This document shows, one piece after another, positions 51,575-62,157 of a DNA stretch of 64,000 bases. Source of the DNA: Thermodesulfobacteriota bacterium. Lineage in GTDB: Bacteria; Desulfobacterota_D; UBA1144; Nemesobacterales; JAJCZQ01. The DNA is taken from assembly GCA_965215275.1 (NCBI GenBank), contig OZ244044.1:320001-384000 (forward strand), in the 5' to 3' direction. The notes under the pieces are model-generated. The model did not search any database and was not told where the DNA came from. It saw only the letters and a list, made by a program, of their open reading frames with translations. Positions within the stretch are counted from its first letter, which is position 1; every line of letters begins with the position of its first letter. Both the position numbers and the translations under genes were made by a program.

Positions 51575-52795
51575 ATGAGTTATCCGGAGTGTCAAGTGAG
51601 CACTATATCTGGTAAAAATGTAACGATAGGCGTTACGGGAAGCATAGCGGCGTATAAGTCATGTGAACTGGTCAGAAGCCTGATAAAAGAAGGCATATCG
51701 GTCCAGGTGGTCATGACAAAGAACGCCTGTAAGTTCATAACTCCCCTTACGCTGCAGTCCCTTTCCGGGAAAAAAGTGGCAGTAGACGCATTTGACCTGG
51801 AGTGGGAAGGAGATATCGGGCATATTCATTTAGCCGACAGTTCCGACCTTGTGGTGGTCGCCCCTGCGTCCGCTTCATTCATAGGTAAACTGGCAAACGG
51901 GATCACCGACGGACTTCTGTCAACCGTTATAACGGCGTCAACGTCCCCGGTGCTGATCTGTCCAGCGATGAACGTAAATATGTACAACAACCCTATGGTG
52001 AAGAGCAATATCAGAAAGCTGAAAAGATCCGGCATTAAGGTAATGGAACCCTATGAAGGTGACCTTGCGTGCGGATGGGAGGGACAAGGCAGACTTGCTG
52101 ACGTATCTGATATTTCAGATGAGGTCCTCAGAGCTCTGCACCCAAGTGACCTGCAGGACAAGAAAATACTCGTAACCGCCGGAGCGACCAGGGAATTCCT
52201 GGACCCGGTAAGGTTCATCTCGAACCCTTCAAGCGGCAAGATGGGCTACAGCATTGCCAGAGCTGCATGGCTCAGAGGCGCGGACGTCACCCTGATATCA
52301 GCCCATGCTGATATCCCGCACCCTTACGGCGTAAGGACCATAGAGGTCGAAAGCTCTGATGAAATGTATAAAAAAGTAATGACGAACCTGAAAAGCAGTG
52401 ATATTATCATAAAGGCGGCAGCAGTAAGTGATTATAAGCCAAAAAGCAGAAAGAACAGTAAAATAAAAAAATCCTCTGACAGCGTTTCAGTTGAGTTTAT
52501 CAGAACAAAAGACATATTAAAGGAAGTCGGGACACGGAAAAACGGTACACTTGTCGTTGGGTTTGCCGCAGAAACTGAAAATTTAGAAGCGAACTCGAAA
52601 AGAAAGCTCAGGAACAAAAAAGCCGACCTTATAGTTGCCAACGACGTCAGCCTGGATGGAGCGGGATTCGGGTCGGACACGAACACGGTGACCATAATAG
52701 ACAGTAAAGGTAAGGTAACGAAACTGCCATCAATGCTCAAAACCGACGCTGGACATAAAATACTGGATATTGTTGTAAAGAACAGCCCAGCTTGA
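51575..52795 (+). CDS. coaBC: Bifunctional phosphopantothenoylcysteine decarboxylase/ligase
   Basis: GSIAAYK, PAMN, GDLACG, DPVRFISNPSSGKMG, GFAAET. Confidence 0.96.
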   Translation: MSYPECQVSTISGKNVTIGVTGSIAAYKSCELVRSLIKEGISVQVVMTKNACKFITPLTLQSLSGKKVAVDAFDLEWEGDIGHIHLADSSDLVVVAPASASFIGKLANGITDGLLSTVITASTSPVLICPAMNVNMYNNPMVKSNIRKLKRSGIKVMEPYEGDLACGWEGQGRLADVSDISDEVLRALHPSDLQDKKILVTAGATREFLDPVRFISNPSSGKMGYSIARAAWLRGADVTLISAHADIPHPYGVRTIEVESSDEMYKKVMTNLKSSDIIIKAAAVSDYKPKSRKNSKIKKSSDSVSVEFIRTKDILKEVGTRKNGTLVVGFAAETENLEANSKRKLRNKKADLIVANDVSLDGAGFGSDTNTVTIIDSKGKVTKLPSMLKTDAGHKILDIVVKNSPA

Positions 52796-52961
52796 AATCT
52801 TGATCACTTCTCACCTGGACACGGTATTTAACTCCCGTCAGTAAGGTCAAAGACGTTCTGCTCTATTTTTATGGAAGTTATATATTTAAATAAAAGGGAA
52901 TACTCCCTGCATCCTGAATATCATTATCATTGCAAGAAAGGAAGGAGAAAAAAGTTCATGC

Positions 52962-52990
52962 TTGACACTACAGTAAAGCAGAAGTAAAAT
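52962..52990 (+). promoter_or_regulatory. Sigma70 promoter of the S8-like gene
   Basis: TTGACA-17 nt-TAAAAT, 9 nt before the ATG at 53000. Confidence 0.7.
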
Positions 52991-52999
52991 ATCAACGTT

Positions 53000-55900
53000 A
53001 TGAAAAGTTCAAACATAAAAACACGTAGTTCCATTACCCCCCCCCGTGTATACCTGACCTTTCAGCCTGGTATAAGTATTCTGTAAGAACAATGTTTAAG
53101 ATAATCCCCCCCCCCCATCTAAGTCATTACTAACCTTAGTCTTTATTCTACTGAGTATCATGGTCATAGCTGCAAAAGGGCAGAGCAGCCTGGAAGAAAC
53201 ATTATCTGAATGCAGAGATATCAGTGCAGGTCTGGAAGATCCGTTATACGGATGTCAGTGGCATCTGAATAACACTGGACAGTTAAGTATTTCCGGAAAG
53301 AGAATAACAGCAGGAGAAGATATTAACGCAGAGGGAGTATGGAACGAAGAGGTATATGGTACTGGAATTAACGTAGCAGTTGTAAGTAATGGAATAGACC
53401 TTTCACATGAGGACCTTTCTGCTAAGGTCCGTTCGGAACTGAACTACAACTTTTCTGGAAAAGATAATTCAGACAGTTCAGAGTTAAGTGGTACACGAGC
53501 GGCAGGAGTAACGGCAGCGGCTGGATATAACGGACTGGGAACAAGAGGAGTTGCACCTGGTGCGAGTATATACAGTAATAAGTTAACAGGAGATCTCAGG
53601 GAATCAGACGCAATGGAAGCAGGGGAAGCAATGGTGCGTAATAAAGAAATAACTGCAGTATCCGTCAGCGACCGGGGATCTGAGGACGGAGTTTTTCTTC
53701 AGGGTGCTTCGGCTGAGTGGGAAGAGGGAGTGGAAGAGGGTATAAGGGAAGGGTTTTACGGCAGGGGAATATTTTACGTCCTGGGAGCAGGGGACGGACA
53801 TGAGAGCGGAGATCAGGCTAATTTTTCTGAATATTCCAATTACTACGGGGTAACAGCGGTGTGTTCAACGGACGGTTCTGGAAAGAAGAGCTTGTTTTCA
53901 GAAGAGGGAGTGAATCTGTGGGTATGTGCGCCTGGTCCTGATATAGCGACCACTGATAGCGACGACGATCACGCCGTGACGTCCGGAACTGTCCTTTCAG
54001 TTTCACGGGTCGCAGGTGTGGCGGCACTGCTGAGAGAGGTAAACGAAGACCTGAGCTGGAGGGATATAAAGCTTATACTTGCGGGTTCGGCACGGCAGAA
54101 CGACGTTCCTGACATTAGCTGGGAGACTGGAGCGGTAAAATACGGTTCCGACGTGGAAAGATACAGATACAGTTCGAAATACGGTTTTGGCGTGGTGGAC
54201 GCGGAGGCGGCCGCAGAGCTTGCCGGAAGCTGGAAAGGAGTGGGAGAAATGAGGACCGTTACAGCTTCCTCGGATAATGAACTGACGATCCCTGATGGAG
54301 AAGGAGAGGCGGACGGGGTCCTTACCTCCAGACTTATGATTTCGGACCTGGAGGAAATATTTACGGAGTTCGTTGAGGTAGAACTCGTTCTCTCGTGTGA
54401 CTGCCTGCAGGACCTCAATATACGGATAACCTCTCCTTCCGGGACAGTATCGGAACTTGTGCGGGAGTCTGCCAGTGAGTTTGTAAGGGGATCTTCGAAT
54501 GAAGAAAACGACTGCGTCAGTTACCTGGGGAAAAAACATCGTTTCGGTTCGGCAAGACACCTCGGGGAAGACCCTTCCGGAGAATGGACCCTTAAGATAT
54601 ATAATACTGCTTCCGGAGATGAAGAAGATACAGAAAATACCGTTACCCTGCACTCATGGAGCATCAGGGTATACGGGCACGGGAAGGGGGATGTTTTAAC
54701 GGAACCCGGCAGTGAGATCACTGCCAAGGCTTTAACTTTGGGTAATGTTCCTGGTGGTAGGCTGACCTGGACGCAACATAAGCTGGTAAACGCAAGGTTA
54801 TTCGAGGCAGCCGGAGGCAGGCCGCCGTATACTTACAGTTTAGCTCCTTTACCTCCTGGATTGAATTTTAACGGAACCACCAGAATTATAAACGGGAGAC
54901 CGACCGCTGCAGGTGACACCGACGTTCAGTATACGGCAAGAGACGCAAATAACGATACGGCACGGAGTGACTTCGTTATAAGGATAACGGCGAACGCCGC
55001 GCCGGTTTTTGGCAGCAAGACGGTTGCTGCTCAGGTGTACACGGCAAGGAAAGCAATAGAACCATTGGAACTTCCCGAGGCAACGGGAGGGGATAGAACT
55101 TTAACTTACAATATAAGTGGTAACGTCAGGGGTATAGGGTTGAACTTTAACCGTAACACAAGGATACTGAGCGGAACGCCCACCAGTGTTACGCCTGGTA
55201 TTACAGCCGTTTATACCGCCACTGACGCAGATGGAGATACTGCCGAACTGAGGTTCAATATACGGGTAAGACATCTGAACGACATACCGACCTTCGGCAG
55301 CCAGATGGTAGATGATCAGAATTGGGTTAACGGCAGCGCGGTAAGGCTAACGCTGCCTCGCGCAAGAAACGGGAATGGAACGTTAACCTACGGTATAACC
55401 CCTGCTTTGCCTGATGGACTGGACTTTGATCCTGGTACCAGAGTGCTGAGCGGAACACCGACCGCTGCGGCACCTGAGAACACTTACACGTATACGGTAA
55501 CGGACAGTGATAACGATATTCATGAAAGTGATTCTGACAGTCTGACCTTCAGGATCACTGTATCAGCGGACGCAATGCCGACCTTTAGCGGTGAGACGAC
55601 GGATGATAAGGAGTACATAGCAGGAAGTCAGATAACGCCGGTAACGCTGCCCGTGGCAACATCAGGAAATACCCCATTAACTTACGATATAACCCCTGCT
55701 TTACCGGATGGACTGGACTTTGATGAAAACACCCGAGTGCTGAGCGGAACACCGACTGCTGCAGCACCTGAGAATACTTACACGTATACGGTAACGGACA
55801 GAGACGGTGATACTGACAGTTTGACTTTCAGGATCACGGTGTCAGCGGACGCAATGCCGAGTTTTGGCAGTGCGACGATAGAAGACAAGGTGACCGTTAA

Positions 55901-56596
55901 CGGCGTTACGGCAGTAATGGAAACACTGCCTCTTGCAACAGGAGGGAACGGAACGCTGACTTACAGTTTAACTGATGCCGGTTCAAATGCTTTGAATTTA
56001 TTTGCCGGACTGGACTGGGATGACAACACCCGGGTGCTGAGCGGAACACCCAATATCGGTTCAGCGCTGCTTCATCTGCTTCCTCGAACCGAGACTTACA
56101 CGTGGACGGTAACGGACGAAGATGGAGACACGGACGATCTGACGTTCAGTATAATTATAGAAGCAGACAGCGATCCGGATTTTGGCAATGAGATGATAGC
56201 AGATCAGGAGTACATAACAGGAAGTCCAATAACGCCAGTAACCCTGCCTGAGGCAACGGGAGGTAATCCACCGTTAAGATACAGTATAACGCTCGTCTGC
56301 CAGCTGGATTGAGGTTTAACAGTAGCACCCGGGTTATAAGAGGCACGCCCGAGAGCGCGTCACCCGAAACTGATTACACGTACACGGTAACGGACAGCAA
56401 TGAAGACACGAACGATTTGACTTTCAGGCTCAGAGTAGCAGTTCCTTCTGCCAGTGGTTCAGGAGGGGGAGGAGGATGTGCGGTCTCGGATCAGAGCAGC
56501 GTCGTTCCTGATATTTTTGGAGCAGTGGCATGTCTGATACTTATACCCGTGTCAGCAGTGATCAGAAGGAAGAGAAGATCTCATATAAAGACGTAG
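53000..56596 (+). pseudogene. S8/kexin-like pseudo-peptidase surface protein, paralog of 2..3883; out of frame at C9 (53037-53045), C11 (53106-53116) and a 1-bp deletion near 56292
   Basis: High similarity to the first copy; ORF pieces 53160-56312 and 56309-56596; signal-peptide core SKSLLTLVFILLSIMVIAA follows the C11 tract. Confidence 0.8.
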
Positions 56597-56729
56597 TAAG
56601 GAGGTCTCTTTCCAGAAACATTGAACGGAGTGAAATTTCCCAAATAAATATTCTTCAGAACAGTATGCTTTTTATTTAAGTATATAAGTCCGGTCTTTAT
56701 ATCTGACAGAATATCATCTGCGACCAGTA

Positions 56730-57932
56730 TCAGCGTATCTGATCTTTATCAGGCTGCTTCGGAAGTCCGAAGACAAGCCACAGTACAAGGACGATCAGAG
56801 ATATAACTGACGGATAGGCGGGACCCACGCTGTACAGAAATCCGGAGATCATGCCTCCCAGTGAAGCCCCGAAAAAATTCGCCAGGTTATAAACGCCCGA
56901 AGAGGAACCCCTGTTCCCTGAAGATATCCTCTGGGTTAAGAACGTTGGAAGCAGTGACTGATATATGGTGTGTCCCAGAAAGAACAGCATTCCTGAAACT
57001 ATCAGGATCAGTTTAACCTTGTCGACCGTCAGGTGGGTTACAAGGTATAAGGCCAGGTAAGCCACGAACGACAGGGTCAGAAGGACAAATCCCAGCCCGA
57101 GTGCAGCTCCCATGTTCCCTTTTCTTTCTGAACGTTTTATATATGGATATACAAAAAGTCCGCTGGGCAGCAGGACCAGAAGATAGATGATCCAGAACCT
57201 GTTAACCGGCACCTGAATGTCCTCCCAGCTGAGCGGGTATACGAACAAAAACAGGTTTAAGCAGAACGAGATCACGAACGCACCAATAAGAAGGGATTTT
57301 ATATTACCGTCCGTTACGATGCTCAGCAGGCTCTCTCTTATTTCAAGGTCCCCGTCAGGTTCTATTTTAGGAAAGAACATCAGCGTTATTGCGATCCCGA
57401 ACAGTCCCAGAACCGCCAGGATGTAAAAAAGCGAACTAAAGCCGATCTTATAGGCAAGGAGCGGACCGATGATTATAGATATGACAAAGGCTACACCTAT
57501 GACTATCCCGTTTATGGTAAACGCCTGCGACCTTAACTTCGGTCTGACCAGGTCCCCTAGGGAAGCGATCGCAACGGCCCCTACTGCGCCACTTCCCTGT
57601 AACGCCCTTGCTGCAATAAGTTCATAGACGTTATCGGCCATAGCACACACGAGGCTGCCGAACGAAAAAAGAGCAAGTCCGAAGATCAGGACCCTCTTTC
57701 TGCCGAACTTGTCACTTGCCCATCCGAACGGGACCTGAAGCATGCTCTGCACCAGCGGGTAAATACCAAATGCTATGCTGGCAAGCGTTAAAGTTGCCCC
57801 GGGATACATCTTTGCGTAAATACTGAATACCGGAAGTATTAAAAATATTCCCAGCAATCTCGTGGAAACGATCACGGAAATGGTAAAGGTGGACCTTTTC
57901 TCTTCAGAACTTAACTTCATTATCAAAGCCAA
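56730..57932 (-). CDS. MFS transporter (YajR-like)
   Basis: LILPVF, QVPFGWASDKFGRK, RALQGSGA. Confidence 0.88.
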   Translation of the reverse strand: MALIMKLSSEEKRSTFTISVIVSTRLLGIFLILPVFSIYAKMYPGATLTLASIAFGIYPLVQSMLQVPFGWASDKFGRKRVLIFGLALFSFGSLVCAMADNVYELIAARALQGSGAVGAVAIASLGDLVRPKLRSQAFTINGIVIGVAFVISIIIGPLLAYKIGFSSLFYILAVLGLFGIAITLMFFPKIEPDGDLEIRESLLSIVTDGNIKSLLIGAFVISFCLNLFLFVYPLSWEDIQVPVNRFWIIYLLVLLPSGLFVYPYIKRSERKGNMGAALGLGFVLLTLSFVAYLALYLVTHLTVDKVKLILIVSGMLFFLGHTIYQSLLPTFLTQRISSGNRGSSSGVYNLANFFGASLGGMISGFLYSVGPAYPSVISLIVLVLWLVFGLPKQPDKDQIR

Positions 57933-58053
57933 TGTGGAAAAATCAGGTTTTTTAGTTTATCATAGTTAAGATCTAATTTTTAATATTTTATTCCGGGGAA
58001 CACCTGTAAGATCCGTTCCGAACATATATAGTTACAGATCTTTAATTATCGCT

Positions 58054-59145
58054 ATGAGACCGACCTGGGCAGAGATCAACTTAAACTCCATTAAAAGGAA
58101 CTTAGGCACGGTAAGGTCGCTGGTCGGAGATACCGTGTCCATCATGGCAGTTGTGAAAGCCGACGCCTACGGCCACGGTGCAGTAAGGACAAGCAAGGCA
58201 CTTACGGGGTCAGGCGCCGATTCACTGGCGGTCGCCACTCTTGAGGAAGGTCTTGAACTGAGAGGAGCAGGAATTAAACACCCCGTGATGATACTCGGGT
58301 CCATACAGGAAAGCGAGGTCCCGTCCATCATAAAGAACGAACTGACCCCCGCCGTTTACAACGTGGAGATCCTGAAAAGCCTCTCTGAAGAGATGGAAAA
58401 AAGCGGTAAATACCTTGATATTCATCTAAGGATGGACACGGGTATGAACCGGCTGGGTATAAGTACCGAAGATATCCCCGGCTTTATAAATGAATACAGA
58501 AAGCACGCTCGTTTGAAGTTAAAGGGGGTTTTTACGCACCTTGCTTCAGCGGACGATACGACAAGCAGCTTTACCGATGAGCAGATAACCGGATTTTACA
58601 GCTCACTGGACCTTATAAGGTCCCTTGACGTAGACCCCGGGTACTTTCATCTGGCCAACAGTGCGGCCATACAGAACTACCCAGGCTCACATGGGAACCT
58701 GGTCAGACCAGGGATCATGCTTTACGGTGCAGGGGAGCAAGGCCGCACCGGGCTCCATCCCGCAATGAAGCTAAAGAGCAGGATCATCCAGCTAAGGAAC
58801 CTCGGCAAGGGAACGCCCGTCAGCTACGGCGGTACCTACGTTACCAAAAGGAAGTCCGTTATAGCTACCGTGCCCATAGGATACGCCGATGGATACTTCA
58901 GAAAACTGTCCAACAGGGCTTACGTGTCCATTAAAGGTGAAAAAGCCAGAGTAGTGGGTAGAGTATGTATGGATTTTATCATGATAGACGTAACGGACCA
59001 CCCGCAGGAGATAAGGACCGGCAACGAGGTCACCCTGTTTGGTGACGGGCTCGTTACGGTAGGTGATATTTCCGCCTGGGCGGAAACCTCGCCTTACGAG
59101 GTTATGGCACTCGTTGGAAAAAGGGTTCAGAGAATATACGTATGA
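58054..59145 (+). CDS. alr: Alanine racemase
   Basis: AVVKADAYGHG, DTGMNRLG, RPGIMLYG, GYADG, GRVCMD. Confidence 0.97.
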   Translation: MRPTWAEINLNSIKRNLGTVRSLVGDTVSIMAVVKADAYGHGAVRTSKALTGSGADSLAVATLEEGLELRGAGIKHPVMILGSIQESEVPSIIKNELTPAVYNVEILKSLSEEMEKSGKYLDIHLRMDTGMNRLGISTEDIPGFINEYRKHARLKLKGVFTHLASADDTTSSFTDEQITGFYSSLDLIRSLDVDPGYFHLANSAAIQNYPGSHGNLVRPGIMLYGAGEQGRTGLHPAMKLKSRIIQLRNLGKGTPVSYGGTYVTKRKSVIATVPIGYADGYFRKLSNRAYVSIKGEKARVVGRVCMDFIMIDVTDHPQEIRTGNEVTLFGDGLVTVGDISAWAETSPYEVMALVGKRVQRIYV

Positions 59146-60587
59146 TCACAGACCGCTGCAGTTTAATGTTTTTTCTGATCCTGTTCCTTGGGATTTTCCT
59201 TCCAGACACGGACGCCTTGGCAATAAACCTCGGTCCGCTCTATCATCCCGTGAAGAACTCCAAGTACGAAAAAGAGTTCACGGCACTGGGTCCTTTTATA
59301 ACCTATAAAAGAAGTAAAGAGCACTCGGAGTTCGGTCTCAGACCCCTTTATTACAAAAAAACAGTGAAAAATGAAAAGACCAAAGAGATGGAGTTCCTTT
59401 ACCCCCTGGCGTCGTACAAAAAGGTAAAGGACCGTTCATGGCTGCAGGCCATGCTTTTTTTACTGACCTATGAAACACGGAAGGACGTCTCCGGCTACAA
59501 GAACAGGGAGTTCAACCTGTTCCCTTTTATCTTTTACAATGACGAGAAAGGTCCCGACAACGACCATTTTGCCTTTTTTCCCTTTTACGGAAATATAAAG
59601 AACAAGTTTGCCAAGGACCATATAAAGTTCTTTCTCTTCCCTCTGTACCTCAGGACCGAATCAGATGGAGAGATCACAAAGAGCATGATCTGGCCATTTA
59701 TCAGCGGGTACGAGGGGAAGCACAGCGGAGGCAGGCTCTTTCCCGTCGCCGGAAAAAGAACGAGCGAGAAAAAAGGTATCAACGACAGGTTCCTTCTCTG
59801 GCCGCTTTACGTGGAGAGGGAAAAGGTATCCTATGATGGCAAGAAGTCGTACTTCAAGTCCATCTTTCCCCTGTATTCAAGGTTTCACTCCCACGGGATC
59901 TCGAACACGGGATACGTCTGGCCGTTCATACAGCACACGGTAAATCATAAAAAAGACAGTGAGAGATGGGACGTTCCGTGGCCCTTTGTCAACGTTACAA
60001 AAGGAAAGAGCATCGACCGTGTAAGTATTTTCCCGCTTTACTCCAGATCAAGGAAGAACAAGAACGATGAAAACGGGTATATAATGTTCCCCCTTTACAG
60101 CTACAAGAACGTCACTCTGTCGAGTTACAGAAGGCACAAGAGGTCCTTTCTTCTGTTCTTGTACAAGGACACGAGGGACGAGCCCATAGTAGACGGAGTA
60201 AAGCCCAGAAGAAAGATAGACCTCTGGCCCATCTTTACGTACAGAAAGGACCCCTCAGGACGTGCGAACCTGCACCTGTTCACGATCTTCGAGCCGTTCA
60301 TACATTCAAATGACAGACTTTACAGGAACTACGCACCGCTGTGGAGGATATTCACCTGGGAAAGGTCGCCCGATAACATAGTACGGTCATCGTTCCTGTG
60401 GAACCTTATAAGCGTATACAAGGACGAGAAAACGTTCTCGCTCGATATAAGGCCCATCATGCCGCTGTTCAGCTACTCCAGTGGCACGGTCGGCAGGTCA
60501 TGGAACGTACTGGGAGGATTTATCGGTTACAGTTCAGAAAGCGGAAGAAGGACGGTAAAGTTCCTCTATATACCGATAAGGACCTGA
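59142..60587 (+). CDS. Exported aromatic-rich repeat protein (FP/WP repeats) upstream of mlaEFD
   Basis: Signal peptide; recurrent LFPF/LWPL/IFPLY motifs. Confidence 0.7.
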   Translation: MITDRCSLMFFLILFLGIFLPDTDALAINLGPLYHPVKNSKYEKEFTALGPFITYKRSKEHSEFGLRPLYYKKTVKNEKTKEMEFLYPLASYKKVKDRSWLQAMLFLLTYETRKDVSGYKNREFNLFPFIFYNDEKGPDNDHFAFFPFYGNIKNKFAKDHIKFFLFPLYLRTESDGEITKSMIWPFISGYEGKHSGGRLFPVAGKRTSEKKGINDRFLLWPLYVEREKVSYDGKKSYFKSIFPLYSRFHSHGISNTGYVWPFIQHTVNHKKDSERWDVPWPFVNVTKGKSIDRVSIFPLYSRSRKNKNDENGYIMFPLYSYKNVTLSSYRRHKRSFLLFLYKDTRDEPIVDGVKPRRKIDLWPIFTYRKDPSGRANLHLFTIFEPFIHSNDRLYRNYAPLWRIFTWERSPDNIVRSSFLWNLISVYKDEKTFSLDIRPIMPLFSYSSGTVGRSWNVLGGFIGYSSESGRRTVKFLYIPIRT

Positions 60588-60608
60588 AAATGATATCATC
60601 TTAATACA

Positions 60609-61367
60609 ATGTCGGCATTATTTACAAACGCGGGTGGAATATTAAAACTCCTTTTTCAAAGCATCTACTGGTGCAAGGACATAGGCTGGAACCTGGACAA
60701 GATATTCTATCAGATAAACGAGATCGGCAATAACACCTTTCCCGTTGCGGTGCTGATCGCTTTTTGCAGCGGGGCCGTACTGTCCCTGCAGTCCGGCCCC
60801 ATACTTGCAGGCTTCGGACTGGAGGGGAACCTCGGGATCATCGTCGGTCTGTCAATGGCCAAGGAAATAGGTCCCGTTATGGCCTCGATACTTGTCGCGG
60901 GAAGAGTGGGGTCCTCAATGGCGGCAGAAATAAGCTCAATGAGCGTGTATAACGAGATCGACGCGTTAAAGACGATGAACATCAACCCGGTCCGGTTCCT
61001 GGTAATGCCGAGGTTCCTGGCCACTACCCTTTCTCTGCCGGTACTGGTTATTTTCATGGACGTGATCGGCTGGTTCGGAGGGGCCGTCGTTGCCGCGGTC
61101 AACCAGGAGATAGACCTGTCAATGCAGATATACTTCAGGAACCTTGCAGATTTCGTAACGATCAAGGCAGTGATGAACGGTATGGTCAAGGCACTTGTCT
61201 TTGGTGTGATCATCTCGATCGTACCCTGCTACGTCGGTCTGGGAATAAAAGGCGGACCAAAGGAGATAGGCAGATCGGTAACAAAGGCAGTTGTACTGTC
61301 GTTCGTACTCGTGCTCGTCTCCGACTACTTTATATCAAGAACGCTGCAGATGGTAAACCTTTACTGA
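60609..61367 (+). CDS. mlaE: MlaE-family ABC permease
   Basis: KEIGPV...AGRVGSSMAAEI...EIDALKTM..NP..FLVMPR. Confidence 0.9.
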   Translation: MSALFTNAGGILKLLFQSIYWCKDIGWNLDKIFYQINEIGNNTFPVAVLIAFCSGAVLSLQSGPILAGFGLEGNLGIIVGLSMAKEIGPVMASILVAGRVGSSMAAEISSMSVYNEIDALKTMNINPVRFLVMPRFLATTLSLPVLVIFMDVIGWFGGAVVAAVNQEIDLSMQIYFRNLADFVTIKAVMNGMVKALVFGVIISIVPCYVGLGIKGGPKEIGRSVTKAVVLSFVLVLVSDYFISRTLQMVNLY

Positions 61368-61369
61368 TC

Positions 61370-62146
61370 ATGAAAAAGAAAAACTCTATCCTTTCAGATT
61401 TAAGTTATACGAAAAGTAACCCCGTTTCGCTCAAAGTAGCGGGACTTCGCAAGAGCTTTGGCGAAAACGAGGTATTAAAGGGAATAGATTTTCAGGTGGA
61501 ACGGTCGCAGACGCACGTTATTTTAGGTAAAAGCGGTTCTGGCAAGTCGGTATTCCTGAAATGTATCGTCGGACTGGAGGAGCACGACAGCGGAGACGTC
61601 TATATAGACGGCCTTCCCGTCAGTGTTGCCGAGGATATATCGCGGTACAGGATAGGGTTCGTCTTTCAGTCCTCCGCTCTGCTCGGTTCAATGACTGTCG
61701 GTGACAACGTTGGCATTTATCTTAAAGAGCACAGAGTGGTGGATAACGAAGAAGCGTACAGGGACCTTGTCTCCGGTGCTCTTGAACTGGTCGGACTGAA
61801 AGGGAAAGAGGACCTCTACCCTTCGGAGATCAGCGGCGGGATGCAGAAAAGGGTCGCAATTGCAAGATCTATCATAATGAACCCCGATATGATATTCCTT
61901 GATGAACCCACGACGGGTCTCGACCCTTTGATGACGCAGACGATCGGAGACCTTATCCTGATCCTGAAGAACAGGATCAATACCACGCAGATAGTCGTAA
62001 CTCACGATATAGACCTGGGAATTTATATCGCCGACAGGATATCCATTATAAATAATGGTAAAATGATAGATGTGGGACCACCTGAAAATTTAAAAAACAC
62101 GGATAATGAAGAAGTGAAAAACTTTATTTCTGCAAAGTTCAAGTAA
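61370..62146 (+). CDS. mlaF: MlaF-family ABC ATPase
   Basis: GKSGSGKS, ISGGMQKRVAIAR, DEPTTGLDP. Confidence 0.9.
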   Translation: MKKKNSILSDLSYTKSNPVSLKVAGLRKSFGENEVLKGIDFQVERSQTHVILGKSGSGKSVFLKCIVGLEEHDSGDVYIDGLPVSVAEDISRYRIGFVFQSSALLGSMTVGDNVGIYLKEHRVVDNEEAYRDLVSGALELVGLKGKEDLYPSEISGGMQKRVAIARSIIMNPDMIFLDEPTTGLDPLMTQTIGDLILILKNRINTTQIVVTHDIDLGIYIADRISIINNGKMIDVGPPENLKNTDNEEVKNFISAKFK

Positions 62147-62157
62147 AGGAGGCAGTT

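Larger units (their letters stand above)
52873..56692 (+). mobile_element. Non-autonomous IS1595-type element carrying the second S8-like surface-protein gene
   Basis: Left end GGAAGTTATATATTTAAATAAAA (52873-52895) versus reverse complement of 56670-56692 CGGACTTATATACTTAAATAAAA (19/23); flanks ATTTTTAT / GTCTTTAT (6/8). Confidence 0.6.
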
